A stretch of 63,916 nt of DNA, the filler included, from Welwitschia mirabilis (Eukaryota): NCBI GenBank assembly GCA_051453625.1. It is 5 parts of one record of this genome, joined end to end, with 100 filler letters (N's around TTAATTAATTAA, not from the genome) between each part and the next. Parts side by side here need not be neighbours in the genome. Positions count along the whole stretch, not along the records: positions 1 to 23,462 come from JBOZIK010000001.1; 4 more parts are not named here. One strand, given 5' to 3'. Both the position numbers and the translations under genes were made by a program. Shown here one piece after another: positions 1 through 14,200 of this stretch; the stretch's first letter is position 1; every line of letters starts with the position of its first letter. The notes beneath the pieces are model-generated. The model was not told the DNA's origin. It worked only from the letters and a program-made list of their open reading frames with translations, and made no database searches.

Positions 1-57
1 CTCATTTTTAGGGTTCTTAAATCTAGATCTATAAAAATCTCTCAAAGACTAACCTAA

Positions 58-69
58 GCTCTGATACCA
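58..69 (-). promoter_or_regulatory. Primer-binding site (tRNA-iMet) of a minus-strand copia element continuing beyond the left edge
   Basis: gctctgatacca is the reverse complement of TGGTATCAGAGC, 2 nt from an LTR end (..TATCA). Confidence 0.9.
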
Positions 70-71
70 AA

Positions 72-1445
72 TGATAGGATCGAGAACTCTGGGAGGGGTG
101 AATAGGTTCTTTCAAAAACTTAAGCTCAAAAATAAATTAAAGTTATCTAATTACCATTTACATGTAAAAATAACAAAATTAAGAATGTATATATAAGAAA
201 TAAAAAACTGAATGTAAAGAATTAAAAGATAAAAAATCATAAACTACCAATTTAGATGCATGCAAGATTTATAGTGGTTTGGGAATTCTGCTACTCCACT
301 CTCAATGATTAGCTTCTCCCAAGCTTGATCTTGGATCTTTATTATTCCATAAGTTTTGCCAAGTTTACCTGTAACTCTTTCAAGTGGACTTTTACAGGCT
401 AAGTCTCAACCTTAATACTAGACTTTTGTAGGATAAGTCTCAACCTTTAACAACAGACTTTTACAGGCTAAGTATCAACCTTTAATAATTGACTTTTGTA
501 GGCTAAGTCTCAACCTCTGAAATCAATAGATGTGATGCAATGCAACCTTAATAGCTCAGATATCACATGTTTAGTATTAGTACAATGAATGGAGCTCTTC
601 GTCAAGAGGTCATAATGATAAATCTCTTAGATATGATTCTGAGTGTAGTTCTTTTGCCAAGGATAGATCTCTTCAATTAGATATGAAACAATTCAAGAAT
701 ATGCCAATGAAAATATAACTTAACCTTTCAGATCCATAAGGAATATACTAATTTAGGTTATTGCTAAAAGATCTTTAGGTCATCTATTGCCTAGATATTT
801 ATAACGGAGGGTTATTAGGGTTTATTATAAATGAATTACACCTAGAATGGCTATAAATGATGAGAAAATGGCTAGGTAACAACTAAGTAATAGATACATA
901 ATGTTTACAACTTTTGCTTTTTTGCACCATCTAATTGTTCCCATAAAAATCTAGTCAACCCCATGAGAACTTGGTTGACCCCATTCTGGGTCCAGTCGAT
1001 CCCTTACCTCTTAGTCTGAAATTATGGACTGTCAACTTCTCAGATCCGGTCGACCCCATGAAAATATGGTCGACTCCTTTCCTCTTAGTCTAGAACTATT
1101 GCCAATCAATTCCTAAAATCCAGTCGACTTCATGATTATCAGTCAACTTCTTTCCATTTTCTTTAGGGATACTAGCTCTTGAGATCACATGTCAGTTGAC
1201 TCCTTTAGAATCTGGTTGACCCCTTTGGGTTTAGTTTATTTCTTTACGACTGCTTTAGGTGCAGTTAATCCCATTAGAATCTGATCGACCCCCACTGGAG
1301 GTAAACATAATTTAGCAGTTTTTCTAGTGCGTTTTAATCCAATTCTTTCACCTACAAAACTCAATCTCATCTATACACAATATGTAATAATTTGCACTAC
1401 ACAAGAGAAATTAGTTTGAAATCAATTAGCAAATATAATCTAATA
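72..1445 (-). mobile_element. 5' LTR of a Sirevirus-like Ty1/copia element, inserted into an Athila pol gene
   Basis: Adjacent to the PBS; GGAGGGGTGAATAGG terminal motif; cluster of GTCGAC-derived motifs at ~950-1295; homologous along its length to the LTR at 31484-32739. Confidence 0.82.
387..515. repeat. Tandem array of four 34-35 bp units (core GACTTTTRYAGGCTAAGTCTCAACC) inside the LTR
   Basis: Units start at 387, 421, 456 and 491. Confidence 0.9.
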
Positions 1446-4400
1446 ACAACATGATATTTACATATTATAAATAACATCGTATCATGCCATATGTAGTATC
1501 TAGATTCTCTTAAAAATCTTTTTCTTTCATAATAATTTATATAAGATGGTAATTTCTACTTATAATAAAATTTTCTATGTCAACATACCATGAATTTGTT
1601 TTTACTTAAAAGGGATGTTCATCTAGAAATTCATCTATTATATTTATTTATTCTTCATAAAGAAATTCTAATCTTGATAGACATTTTCTATCCCTATTTT
1701 GTCAATAATTTTTAATTTAAATTCTTAAATTAATAACATTTATCTCATAACTCTTAAATTATCCTTTTTTCAATTCTCTAAAAGTCTAATAGCCCTATGA
1801 TTTGTATGAACTTTTACTTTGTAATTTGAAATATAATGTATGATTTTTCTAATGACATCATTACTAATAAAAACTATTTCTTAGTTAATGTATAATTTTG
1901 TTCAGCTAGCTTAAAGTTATTACTAATATAGGCAATAGTGTATGGTTTATTGTTTTCATCTTTTTGGCCCAAAACATCTCCCACAACATGACTAGATGCA
2001 TCAATCATAATGTGAAATGGTATTGTCTAATGAGGTCCTTGAAAAATAGGTGTTGATAAAAGTTTATCTTTTAAAGTTTGGTAGGCACTTTGACATTTAT
2101 CAATTTAATTATATTCCACATCCTCTATAAAAGGTTACTCAAAGGTTTAGTAATTTTAATCAAGTTAGATATAAGTCTTATATGATATCCAAAATGCCCT
2201 AAGAAATATCTTAATTCTTTTAGTTTAATAGGGGATAAAATGTCTTTTATAACTTTAATTTTGTATTCATTAGTATCAATCTATTTTTGAGATATTTTGT
2301 GTTCCAAAACTATGCCTTGTATTAGTATAAAATGAGTTTTTAACTAGCAAAGTTTTAGGTGTTTTTCTTTACATCTTTTAAAAAATCTTTCTAATCAATC
2401 AACCAACTCATCAAAATTATATTCAAAATTGAGAAATCATCCATAAATACTTTAATAGATCTTTCTATCATATCTTGAAAAATACTATTTACTAACCTTT
2501 GAAAGATAGTATGGGTATTACATAATCTAAATGGTAATACTTTATAGGTATAAGTACCCCAGTGACAAGGAAAAGTTATCTTGGCTTAATCTTCTAAGAT
2601 ATTAGAACCTAATTATATCCACTATACCTATTAAGAAAGCTATAGTAATACTCTTTCTAAAATGTGATTCATAAAAGGAGGAAGAAAATGATCTTTATAA
2701 GTTGTTGTATTCAACATTCAAAAATCTATGCATACTCTCCATTTATTTTGTTTCTTTGACATGACTGTAACAAGAAAACCCATTCTAACTTAGATATATG
2801 ATAGATGAATCTAACATTTAAGAGTTTAGAAATTTCTTATTTAATCATTTCTTATATATGTAGATTGAATCTTCTTTTTAGATGCCTACTTAGTTTAATA
2901 AAAGTATCCAAATATGTTTTATGTTAACATACTTTCAAATCTTTTCTCTTAATATTAATATTATCCTAAGCAAAAGATCCTTTTCTTCTGATTAGCATTC
3001 TTTTAAGATTCATTTTCTGAGAATGAGTTAAAGAACTATTTATAATTAAAGATCTATTAGGAGCTACTTTAATATACTCTAATCCTTCCTTAAGTGGAGG
3101 CTTTTTTATTTCTAGGGATGTTAAAATTTCTTTTTAATACTTTGCTTCATTTTACTTATTTAACATCATACTAACCTCTTGTGTCATAATTGCATTAGTT
3201 CTAGCATCTATATTATGTGCCATATTCTTTACAAATGCTGCATTAGATAACTTGATGTTTTTCTTAAGATATTTTAGACTAATTTTCATTACCCCTTTCC
3301 TAGAATAAATAGCATCATATACAATAGCCATCCAAGATCTTTCTAAAATTATTATATGATTATCTACCTGAGTCTTACTAAAGAATCTATCAAGGAGATA
3401 AATCCTTTGAGTTTGATAGGTATATCCTTTAGAACGGCTTTTGGTGTTACTATTGAATCATCTGTTAGGTATACTTTTCCTTGGTAAGGTATTAATTTTA
3501 GCTTTTCTAATTCCTCATAAGTCTTATATGCCTTACATTAACACTTGCAAAGAGATCCATAAGTGCTTTTACTTTGAGCTTTCCATCAATTTTTGTATCT
3601 ATCATAGCTGTTCCTAGATCACTATACTTTTCATGTTGTTTATTTTGAAGAACTTGGGTGGAAGTCCAAGAAACTTGATATTTCCTAATATTTTAATTTG
3701 TTTTTCCTTCTTACTTTTCTTTTATTTTTTTATTTTAAGAACATGCTCTTAATTTTATTCTAATATATAGGTACATCTTTAGTAATTTTAAAAGAGGAAA
3801 TGACACTGTTGTATCTTCTAAAATGTTTGTGAATAATTTTATGTTCTTTTGAATTTTTAAATGGTCTATTTGCTTACTTATTATTGAAAAAGGTAGAGGA
3901 TCTGCTGATGCATCAAGTACTACTTCCTTCCCTGTATTTATTCCTTTATTAACTCTAGAGATATTTAAATTTATTTTCTTTTCGTGGTTTTCATCTATCA
4001 CCATGTATTTTTTAAATCTAATAGTTATTGATTTACTTGTTGCTTCCTTTTAATCTATTTAAGAGTAAGTAGGAATTCTTCCTTTTTTCTTCTCTACCTT
4101 TAATTTTTCTTTCATGTCATTCAAATCTTTGTTTCTCTAATTTCTATAATAATCATATTAATCTTGACTTTTAGAATTTATACTTTTGTAAATTCTTATC
4201 TAACTCACCCTTCCATTTTCTACTTTAGTAAGGATATATTTTTTTTCTTACTTAAGGTTGGTTTTCTATATTTAAATCTAATCTATTAATATTAAATTAA
4301 TGAATAAATTCTTGCATCTAGATACATTTTATTCCTTTATGATTATCTTCTCTATAGTATTTACATATATGTTCTTCTTTCTCTTTAAATTGTTACAAAA

Positions 4401-5150
4401 CTAACTAATCAATTTTTTCTATCATACTATTAGTCATATTTATAGCTACTTCTTCCATAAGACTGATATGTCTTAAACTATATACACTATCATCTTCTTT
4501 TATAGTAAATATTTTATTTACTCTTTTTTTCTTTTTACTTTCTTGTTCCCATCTTTAACTTATGTTATAAAATTGAGTAATAACTTCTCAGACCTTTTGA
4601 ACATTCTTTGTCTTAATGCTTCTTTATAGAGTTGGTTTAATTCCTTCAAAGTTTGACTCTATAATACTCTAAGTAAAATTCTAACTCATTCTTTAGCTAT
4701 AATTACATATTTAGAACATTTATCTAATAATAAATTGTATCTATTCATAAACACATCAAACCTTTTATTATATTTCTATTTAATATTCAAAATTTATTCT
4801 CTTCAATCGTTTACTATACTTATAAACTGCAATTTAGTCAAGAAAGCATTCCTAAAGAGTTTCCATGAACTAAAAAAATGTTTAAGATTTCTATGATATC
4901 ATAGCTAAGCATACCATTTTAAAGGAAAATAAAAATACCTCAGAAAATTAGATTCTGAATCAAGATAATTTTCTTTGCAGAAGGCATCAAATAAACTTAA
5001 ATGTAGTAGGGGTTCTTCTAATTTCTTACCATTAAAAGTGGGTATTAATGTTATATTTATATTTATCACCTTTTTTAGTATTTTAAGGCTATAGGATTAA
5101 TAGGACTTAAATCTTCTATCTAATGAGTTTCATAATTTAAAGGTCTTGAA
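1446..5150 (-). pseudogene. Degenerate Athila-like Ty3/gypsy gag-protease-RT-RNase H
   Basis: Minus-strand motifs with many stops: LIPTFNGKKLEEPLLHL (gag, ~5000-5050), KALMDLFASVN (protease, ~3540-3570), YSFLNRYSGYN and VFMDDF (RT, ~2430-2650), PFHIMIDASS (RNase H, ~2000), SWYVDI / RYYIWHD (pre-integrase, ~1480-1590). Confidence 0.85.
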
Positions 5151-7479
5151 TCTCCATCATCTTTCCAATAACATCTTGCTACAAATTTCTTTTTGTGTTA
5201 TATATCCTAGTTATTTAGAAAGGTTCTCCTTAAGTGATAGGTGATTTGAGAAGAGTAAGTAAATACTATTCTATTTCACTCCTTAATTCAAGAAAGATTT
5301 GTTTTTTCATAGACTTTCCAATAGTGGTTTCATCCATACTAAAATATTCCTTTTCTATTTTTATTTTAGTCCTTCTTCCAATCTGCTAATCCAAATCGTA
5401 TTTATTAGGGTTTTTAAGAAACCTACCTCTATCATCCTACTGTTTTACTTGACTATCTTATTGGATTATAAACTTATTCATCTCTACTAATTAATTTTAA
5501 GATATTCCTCTTTCTAGAGCCAAAATGATGAAAGATAATTTTATGAAATAAATACAAGAAATACTAAGAAACTATGCTAAAAAATTGTAGAAAACTATGA
5601 TGCTGCTAACTTGAAATAAGTTTAAGCTATTAGATTAAAACTAGAGATTTACTAAATAACTAGTTGGGACCACTAAAACTTCAACCATTTAGTTCAAAAT
5701 TCATCATCAAGATGAACTCATGATAAAGTTACTTGAACTAATCAAGTTGATAATTGATAAGTTTACTATATACATATAATACATTATGGGGAATAAATAA
5801 AATGAAAAACATAATAGAAGTTCTCCTAAATGTTGAGAAATACTTATTTCTAATATTGCTGATTATTCTAATTCATGTCCAGCTACACAAACAAGAGGAA
5901 AAAGGAAAAAAGACCTCTTTCAAGTAATGAAACATGTTCACAATACTACTTAAAATATTAGCTTTTTAGCTTTATATTAAAATGCTAAAATGCCACACAA
6001 AAATATACTGACAGGTTTGTATTTTCCTTTTGTAGATAATACTAGAACATTAGAGATGTTATTACATTATTTTTAGAATTTTTGGAGCTTTTCTTTGACC
6101 TCTTCCTTAGTTCTATTTTTAGATCTTTTTTGCTAAAAGATCCCTTCTCTCTGTGGTAAACCTTTTTTATACCCTTTAGTCCTTTATGTTTTTCTATTTC
6201 CTTTTTTTACTCTTGAAGAATAGGTTTATGATCAAAGTTATTATTGTATTTTTGCCACCTTATCCTTTTTCCTAGTCCTCATGTAAAATGGAATTTTTAA
6301 TCTGCAGCATAATGATATAATTCTATATGCTGACCTACTAGCATACTAACTAACCTATTAACTAACTAATTTATTAACTAACTAGTATATTAATCTAATT
6401 ATTAAAGAGAAATATTATATACCATCTAAAATATATATTTATAAGAACAAAAACATTTCATTAATAAGAAAAATTTACATAATTATCTTTACTCATCATT
6501 ATTGTAAAGCAAAACCTCAAAAGCATGAAAAGTAGGTAAAATTCTAAAGATCATCAAATGATAATGTAAGTTATGATATAATACAATAAAATAATTACTT
6601 AAAAATCACATAAAACCTTAAAATTTTTTACAAAACCCAAGCATAATAGATATGAAAGAGCTTCAAAACTTAAAACTAATAGATTAAGCTAAAGAATCAA
6701 TATCATATTATTAAAATAATAGAGAAAACCCTAAATAATTATGGAGGATTCAAGATAAATATTGGAGTGTTATGCTATCCTTAGAATCTACCAAATTCCT
6801 AAGGGAAGAGTATCTAAAAGAGTGACATGATGAGGACTTCTCTAATGATAACATTATGATTCATTTGAAAAGTATGAAAATGAGGCTCAAATGACCATTT
6901 TATGCATTAAAATTTAGGATTAGGATTAGGATTTGAGTGGATCTAGAATTTCTAAGATATCATATGAGATATATTGACATCTCATTAAACTCGTAAATAC
7001 AATAAAGTTCAAAAACATCAAGGTCATCTAGAAACTTTGGAACTGACCAGTATTGCCACTTGGATCCCACTGATGCCCTTGATATTCCTTGAAATTAACT
7101 TCTAAGTATTCTATAGAATATTTAATATTTGTTTAAGATACTAAAAAATATGTAAGAAGTAATAAAATATAACTTTTACACAACTATAACAACATAAATC
7201 AGGATAAAATGATGAAAACTATAAAAATTAGAACTTGGTAATGCTAAGTTATCCTTAAAGACTTCAAATAAATGATACATTTTAAATGTTATGAGCTAAC
7301 TACAACTATTAAGTAATTTTTTCATACTAGTGCATAACATTTTCAAATTGATAAATTATTTTGAAATTAATTCTAGCTTCACTCATCCTCCTCTTTATTT
7401 AAGCATCAAGATCTTCATATGTATTAAATTCCTTATAATTGATGCTAGATTCATCATGAATAATTATCATGAATTATGA

Positions 7480-8260
7480 ATATGTGTTTTAGTTATCATC
7501 ATCTGAGAATTTCTTCTTAAGGATAACATAATCATCATTCTAATGTATAAACTTCTTCCTTATTATGAATTCTCTCTTTTGAATTTTCTCCTACATTTTA
7601 TAATTACTTAAGTATTTGAGGTAAAGTAATCTCTAATGCCATAATTCCAACATTTCAAATATAAAAAATCACTTTGGATGTAAAATAATATTTATTACAT
7701 TTACTCTTACATTTTCCTTATGTTCTAATTAATCTTTAATGCTTCTCTTTTCTTTTATTCTATTTTGATAAAAGACATTTGATTTGCTTGAAGATAAGAG
7801 TGAATTCATCATTAATAACATCTCATGATTCATCATTTAAGGAAGCTATTGATTTTCATTTGCTCTTTTGATTTTGACCATCATTTCCCTTGAGTGATAT
7901 CGGATTCACTAATGATTCCATATTCTATTAGGTTCATCTCATAAATAGCTAAGAAACTTTATAATTCTTCAAACTTCATGATGGAAATGTTGTTGGATTA
8001 TTCCATGGTGGTGTTCATATTCTGTAAGCTAGAGTAAGTGATATCATCACTTTTTAAATCATCTTTTTCACTAAGCACTCTTCACTAATCTGATGGATGG
8101 AATTTATCATGTTTCTCACACTTTTAAAACATTTATTAATTTATTTTCCTTCATTCATTCTAAGGTTTTTAAATTGGTTAGTTCAAATTAATAACTTAGA
8201 CCATTTCAATATGAAAGTATCTTCATATGTGCCTTTGGTAATATTTCATACTTCATTTAA
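7480..8260 (-). pseudogene. Degenerate Ty1/copia gag fragment (UBN2-type plus zinc-knuckle remnant)
   Basis: Minus-strand NEV*NITKGTYE (~8220-8258) and TME*SNNISIMKFEEL*SFLAIYE (~7940-8010); interrupted on the right by an LTR. Confidence 0.65.
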
Positions 8261-8279
8261 AGCATAGTGCATCATTTTA

Positions 8280-11200
8280 GAAATGAGTATCCTAGATGAA
8301 AGGGGTGAATAGGATAACTAAGGTAATTTTAGCAAATTTAAAATTCAACTCTTTGAACGCATAATGTAATTAACATAGTAAAATAAAATATTACTAGTTC
8401 CACTAAAATTCTAATTATAATTCATGAAAATGCTAATTTAGTTGTATGAAATTTATCAATAATTAAGGATACAAGAGAAAAATTTAAAGAAAACAAGCCT
8501 ATTTTCCTTTATTTCACATGTAGTCTTTAGTGATACTCTACAAGATTCTGTAATAGTATTTCACCAATAGAATAAGGATTTTTTAACAAGCCTTAGCAAT
8601 TAGTACAAGCTCTAATTTGCTTACTTAAAATAGTGTTCCATTATCTTTTGATAAAGGAGAATATAAAGCATAAGTATAAGCGAGTTCACAAGACTTTTGG
8701 GAAGATGGAAAAAGTTCTAAACGATTAGCTATTAGTTATAATTATGATGTTCTAGATAACTATTGGAGATCTTAAAAAGGATTATTTTACTTCTTAGTAC
8801 AACTTTTAATAGTTGTCTATAGTCTTCATATGATTATATTCTTTATTAACTATTGAACTGATGGTTGATCCTTTTAAGGGTTAGATTTGCCCCTTATGAT
8901 ATACTATGGAAGATTGCTTTGGATAGTCAACCCCCTAAAGTATCTGATTGATAAATTATAAAATATTAATCTAGTAGGAAATTATCCTTTAAAGAGTATT
9001 GATCAACTATAAAAATTACATTCATTTACTTTGTACTAGATTGTTAACCTTTAGGTTCTACCAGTCATCCATAGTGTTTGACTCTTGAAACTTATAAATT
9101 GATTGTAGGAGGATGAATCTCAATTTTGCATTAGATGGTTGAATCTCTAAGGAAGATCAGTTGAACACACTAGCATTTTATGCAGTTCTTAATTATTTTA
9201 ATATATAGTTTAATTAGATGCTTAGTTCTAAGCTCTAATTTCCTTAAATACATTCATCAAAGATTTCCAATTTCTATTTTAATTTCTTTGCATAAGTCCT
9301 ATACAAATTACATTTCATTAAATACTTAAGTTAATATTTGAACTGTTATCAATTAAAAACTAAGAGATACAATAATCTTTTCTTGTATCATTAATGACAA
9401 CTAAATCAAAAAAATCATAGCTCTCATTAACTTAGTACTCCTTGTAAGTTTTATGTTTTACCTAAGTATGTGACAACAAAGAGAATACTAAGCATCACTT
9501 TAAAAAAGGATGTAAAACATTTAGGTAATTTTCCACTTCAAAAGAATTTGTAGAAAATTTAGAAAATAGAATGTTCACCTTCAAAGATTACTAACATTAT
9601 CAAATTCATAACCTGCAAAACATAATTATTTTCCAAACTAGCACCAAAACATGCTCATGATAATTAGTAATACAGAGAAGAATGTTGATTTAGTATAAAG
9701 CTATAAAATACCATCAATATAGTAAAAACTAATTCAACCATATTGTGTAATTAATAATTTAACCTTATATGATCAATGTAATAGAAAATGAACTATTTAT
9801 GATATCACATTAGTGTAATGAAAATCAAGTGATATAATGGAAAAAACATATTATCTCTTTCCCTTTGTCATCAAGGATAAGAAGGTGCATAAGAAAAAAA
9901 ATTAAAGCATGAAGTAAAGAAAAGAACACACTACAAACAATCTAAATCACTATTTGATGGGGATCATTTAGAGAATCTCCTACTACTAGTTCCATGGAAT
10001 GACTATTTATGTGGGGGATGAGAAAATGATATGGTAGATAATAATGTCACTACAAGAGAGGAAGTTTGTTCATGCTCATACATGCAAGTGTGCAATGAAT
10101 AAAGAAAGTCTTCAATAGGATATGTAGGCTCTTTGGATCTAGTGAAGTAAGGATGAGGAGCTACCTAAAGTATTGGTAGTGGTGCCACTAGTCTACATCT
10201 AGGTAATCTAAGAATAGGACCTACCTTAAAATGATGCATCCATGCCAAAGGCCAAAGTAGAGTAGCTAAGAGTCTAAGTGGATTTGAGAATAGTTACATT
10301 ATGCTATGGAAGAAGAACTCTAAATTTTTTACATAATGTCATGACCAAATCACCATATCATAATTTCCTATACTTGTAATATATGATGTGCACTAAGAAT
10401 TTAAAAATAACCATGGATGAATTTTCCTTTTGATGATTATATAACCAGTGTAAAAATCTAAGCCACTATAAAGTAATAACATATTTATAACCTTCTACAA
10501 TTAGAGAAATATACTTAAAGATAAGATCTAAAACATGGTATAGAGAAGTGATATATTTAGCTAAAAAATCTATAGATGATTCCCAGTCAAATTCAACACT
10601 ACAAAGATCAAATGCATGCCTAGATTACTGAGGATAATTAACACCTAAGAAGGGTAGATCAAAGGCACCTTCATCTAGTATTTTAAGAACCTCTACTATT
10701 ACATGTAAAGTGGCTCTAAATTCTATCCTTAAAATCATGGTTTTAATCATTGATTATTTGATGAATATTATCTTAGCATTTGCATAGAATAGCATAACCA
10801 ATTAAAATATAACTTCAAGGTAAGATGTCAAAAGTGGTTTTTAGTTCCTAAACTAGAAAATTTTCTTAATTAAAAAGAATAATGTTTTAAAATATTAGAT
10901 GCCTATTACACATTTCCTAAGTATAATCTTGGATTTGAAGGCATTTTCAAAGTTCATTCTAAATTGCTTGTCCATCTGGTTAAAAGTATTAACCTATCTA
11001 GAAGCGAAGTTTCCACTTCCTTGCCTTTGGCTACATGAGATAATGGGGGTGCCATTCTACACTCACTGCAAACTATTAGAACAATTTAGAAATAAATGTT
11101 TCAATAAAGAAGTAATAAATATTGATACCAATAGTTACAAGATAAAAAATTATCATTATTCAAAGCCATTTAAATGTGTCAACATAGAGAAAATTAGACC

Positions 11201-14200
11201 ATTTACATGTGATCATAATAAAATACATGTATAAATTGAAAATCATACTAATAAAGCATAATTAGAGTATAAGTTATCACATAATTCACCCATATGTTAT
11301 TATAAAAATTGAAATATAATCTAATGCAAAAATTGGAATTTATTAAAAAATGATAAAGATTGATTTAGAAATTAAAAAAAATGATGTAAACAAGTTAGGA
11401 TCTAGTCTAATCTAGTAGGAGATAGATAAAAAAACATGAAATCAATATTTATTTAATGAAAAATGATAAAAGATGAGGGAAATAGATCAAAATGATAAGA
11501 AATAATGGTAGCATTTACTCAAACTTGAAAATTTTGATGAGAATATATTGAAAACTTGATAAAATAAGAATAAATAACAAATATTTAATCTTAGACATAC
11601 TTTAAGTATGCATATTGAGCTTTAGAAATTGAAAAGGAAGAAAAAGGGACTCTGATGCTTAAGAAAAATGTAAAATAAAAGTGAACCAACATCACTTTTT
11701 ATAGATTTTTTTTCATTTTCATAGTAGTCAGTCAACTTCTATTTCAACCTAACTATCAAATCCTTAATAAGAGAAATCAATCTAGGAAGAATAATAGTTA
11801 ACTATTTGAAATAAGGGATTAATTAAAGATAAAGGGGAGTAAACTATTATGCAATTGACCTAAAAATAACAGTGAATTAACCACCTAAGATCCTATTTTA
11901 AAATTTTCAAAGAATAAATAAGATAAGAACAATAATAAAGTAAGATGAAAGAACACCAATATCCTTAAGAAATAGATAATATTTTTAAGAACATAAATAT
12001 TGAAAAGGTTGGTTGAATAAAAGTTTAAAGATAAGGTCTAGAATTCAAGGATTTACAAAGGAATTGAAACCAATCTTATAAAAGAGGCCTTATAAAGGTG
12101 TCATCAGGTTATCAGTTAGTAGGATATATTCAAGCCTAATATATTTAGATTTTACATGATCCTTAATAAAGTGATATCTAATGCCTATGTAGTTATTTTC
12201 TAGAGTGTGAGAGTGGGTTCTTTGAAATATTTATAAAATTAGAATTGTTAGAAAAGATAGGGGTATTAATTTCATGAATGTCAAAATCATTTAGTACATA
12301 ATGAATCCACAAGACTTATGTACTACAAATACAAGCAGTAACATATTCTACCTTATTAGTGGACAAAGAAATAAAGGTTTATTTCTTATTAAGCCTACTC
12401 ACAAGAAGAGCTCCATAAAAGCAATAGTAATGACTAGTAAATTTCTTATCATATCTTAATCTGATACAATCAACATCATAGAAGGTAGATAATTCAATAG
12501 AAAATTCGACACCATAATTAAGTATACCTCTAATATACCTAAGAATTATTTTAATTACTTTAAGATGAAATTATTTAGGTATAGATTGGTACTTCACATA
12601 GAGTACTACCACAAAGGTAATATTTTTAGTTGGAAATGAGGTAAAGTAGGACTCCAATCATGCNNNNNNNNNNATATAGTTTTTTATCCACATCCTTTCC
12701 ATTCTTATAAATGTCAACCTTGTTATTTATTTCTATTAGTGTGGATATAGGTTTATGATTGTTCATACCGAACTTTCCCATGAGTTTCTCTTGCAAACTT
12801 TTGTTATGATAAAATTACACCATCTTTTATTTAAATAATCTACAATCAATTGATCTGCAAACCTAAGTATATCTAAAGCTCATTGAGATGGATCATTTTA
12901 AAATGTTTAGTCACAAGCTTGGCAAAATCATAAGATATAGAATCTATAATAGAACCAAATATATACAATCAACATAAATTTAAATAAGTAAAAAATTAGA
13001 TTTAATCCTTTGAACAAATAATATCTTGTTAATTTTTCCTCTAACAAAATCATACTTCATAAGTAAAGAAGTTAAGTTTTCATAACATGCTCTAATTACT
13101 TTCTTAATGTTATATAAAGATTTCTTCAACCTCTAAAGATGGTTAGGAGATCTTGGTCTTTTAAAACTAGGATGCTGTTCTACAAAAGCAAATTCATTTA
13201 ATGGACCATTTGAAAAAGCACCTATAACATGAAAGTACAAGAAAAATATCAATAAATTTTAATCTAGTTATAGGTTCATACATTTTATCAAAGTCAATGC
13301 CTTCCATTTAAGTGTAGCATTCTACTACTAATTTTACTTCTTTTCTTATAACTTGAGAGTTATTATTTAACTTTTCCTTGAATATCCAATTTGTTTCTAT
13401 GACATTATTATCATTAGGTCTAAGAAAAAAATTTCAAACATCAACTTGTTTAATTTTTACAAACATGTTAGATTTCAAAGTTAAACATAAAATAAATCTT
13501 AGCAAAAATTAAACTTTTAGTCCTAACCTTGGCAAACATGTTTTCAATTACTAATTATATAGACAAGTCCCTAGGTATAATGTGTTATTTATGTTTTTCT
13601 TAAGTAGGACTTAAAGAAGAAGTTTTAAAAGAAGGATGCGTGTTTTAGAAAGATGAAGAATAGGTTTAACCATTTGATTAGATTATTTTTGAAATTAAAT
13701 CTATACTTTGATCTTGATTACCATTTATATCATGAGCATTTTCTATTTTTACATGCATACACTCTTTAGCTCTTTTTATATCATGACTATAGAATCTATA
13801 GGCTTTACTTGTTTTAGAATATATAAGAAAAATTACTTCTAAATACTTTAAGCTGAATTTCTTTACTAGTCTAATATTCTTTAGAATATATCATTTACTA
13901 CTAAATATTTTAAAGTATGATTTATTTGATCTATTTCCTTTCCACATCTTATAAGGGTTTTTAACAGTACCAAGTTTAGAAAAAGCTCTATTGAAGACAT
14001 AACAATTTGTATTAAAAGATTCAACTTAAAATCTTTTAATTATTTACTTTTCTTAAAGCATTATTTTAGTCATTTATTTAAGAATCTTGTTATTTATTTC
14101 TACTAATCCATTTTTTCAAGGGGTTATCAGGGTAGAAACCTCATGGGAAATTCCTATTGTTTTACACCAATCCTTAGAAAATTCATTTTTATGTTCCCCT

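Noticed and set aside
387..515. CRISPR-like repeat array
   Set aside because: The variable parts are only ~9-10 bp and similar to each other, there are no cas genes, and the array lies in a plant LTR. It is a minisatellite.
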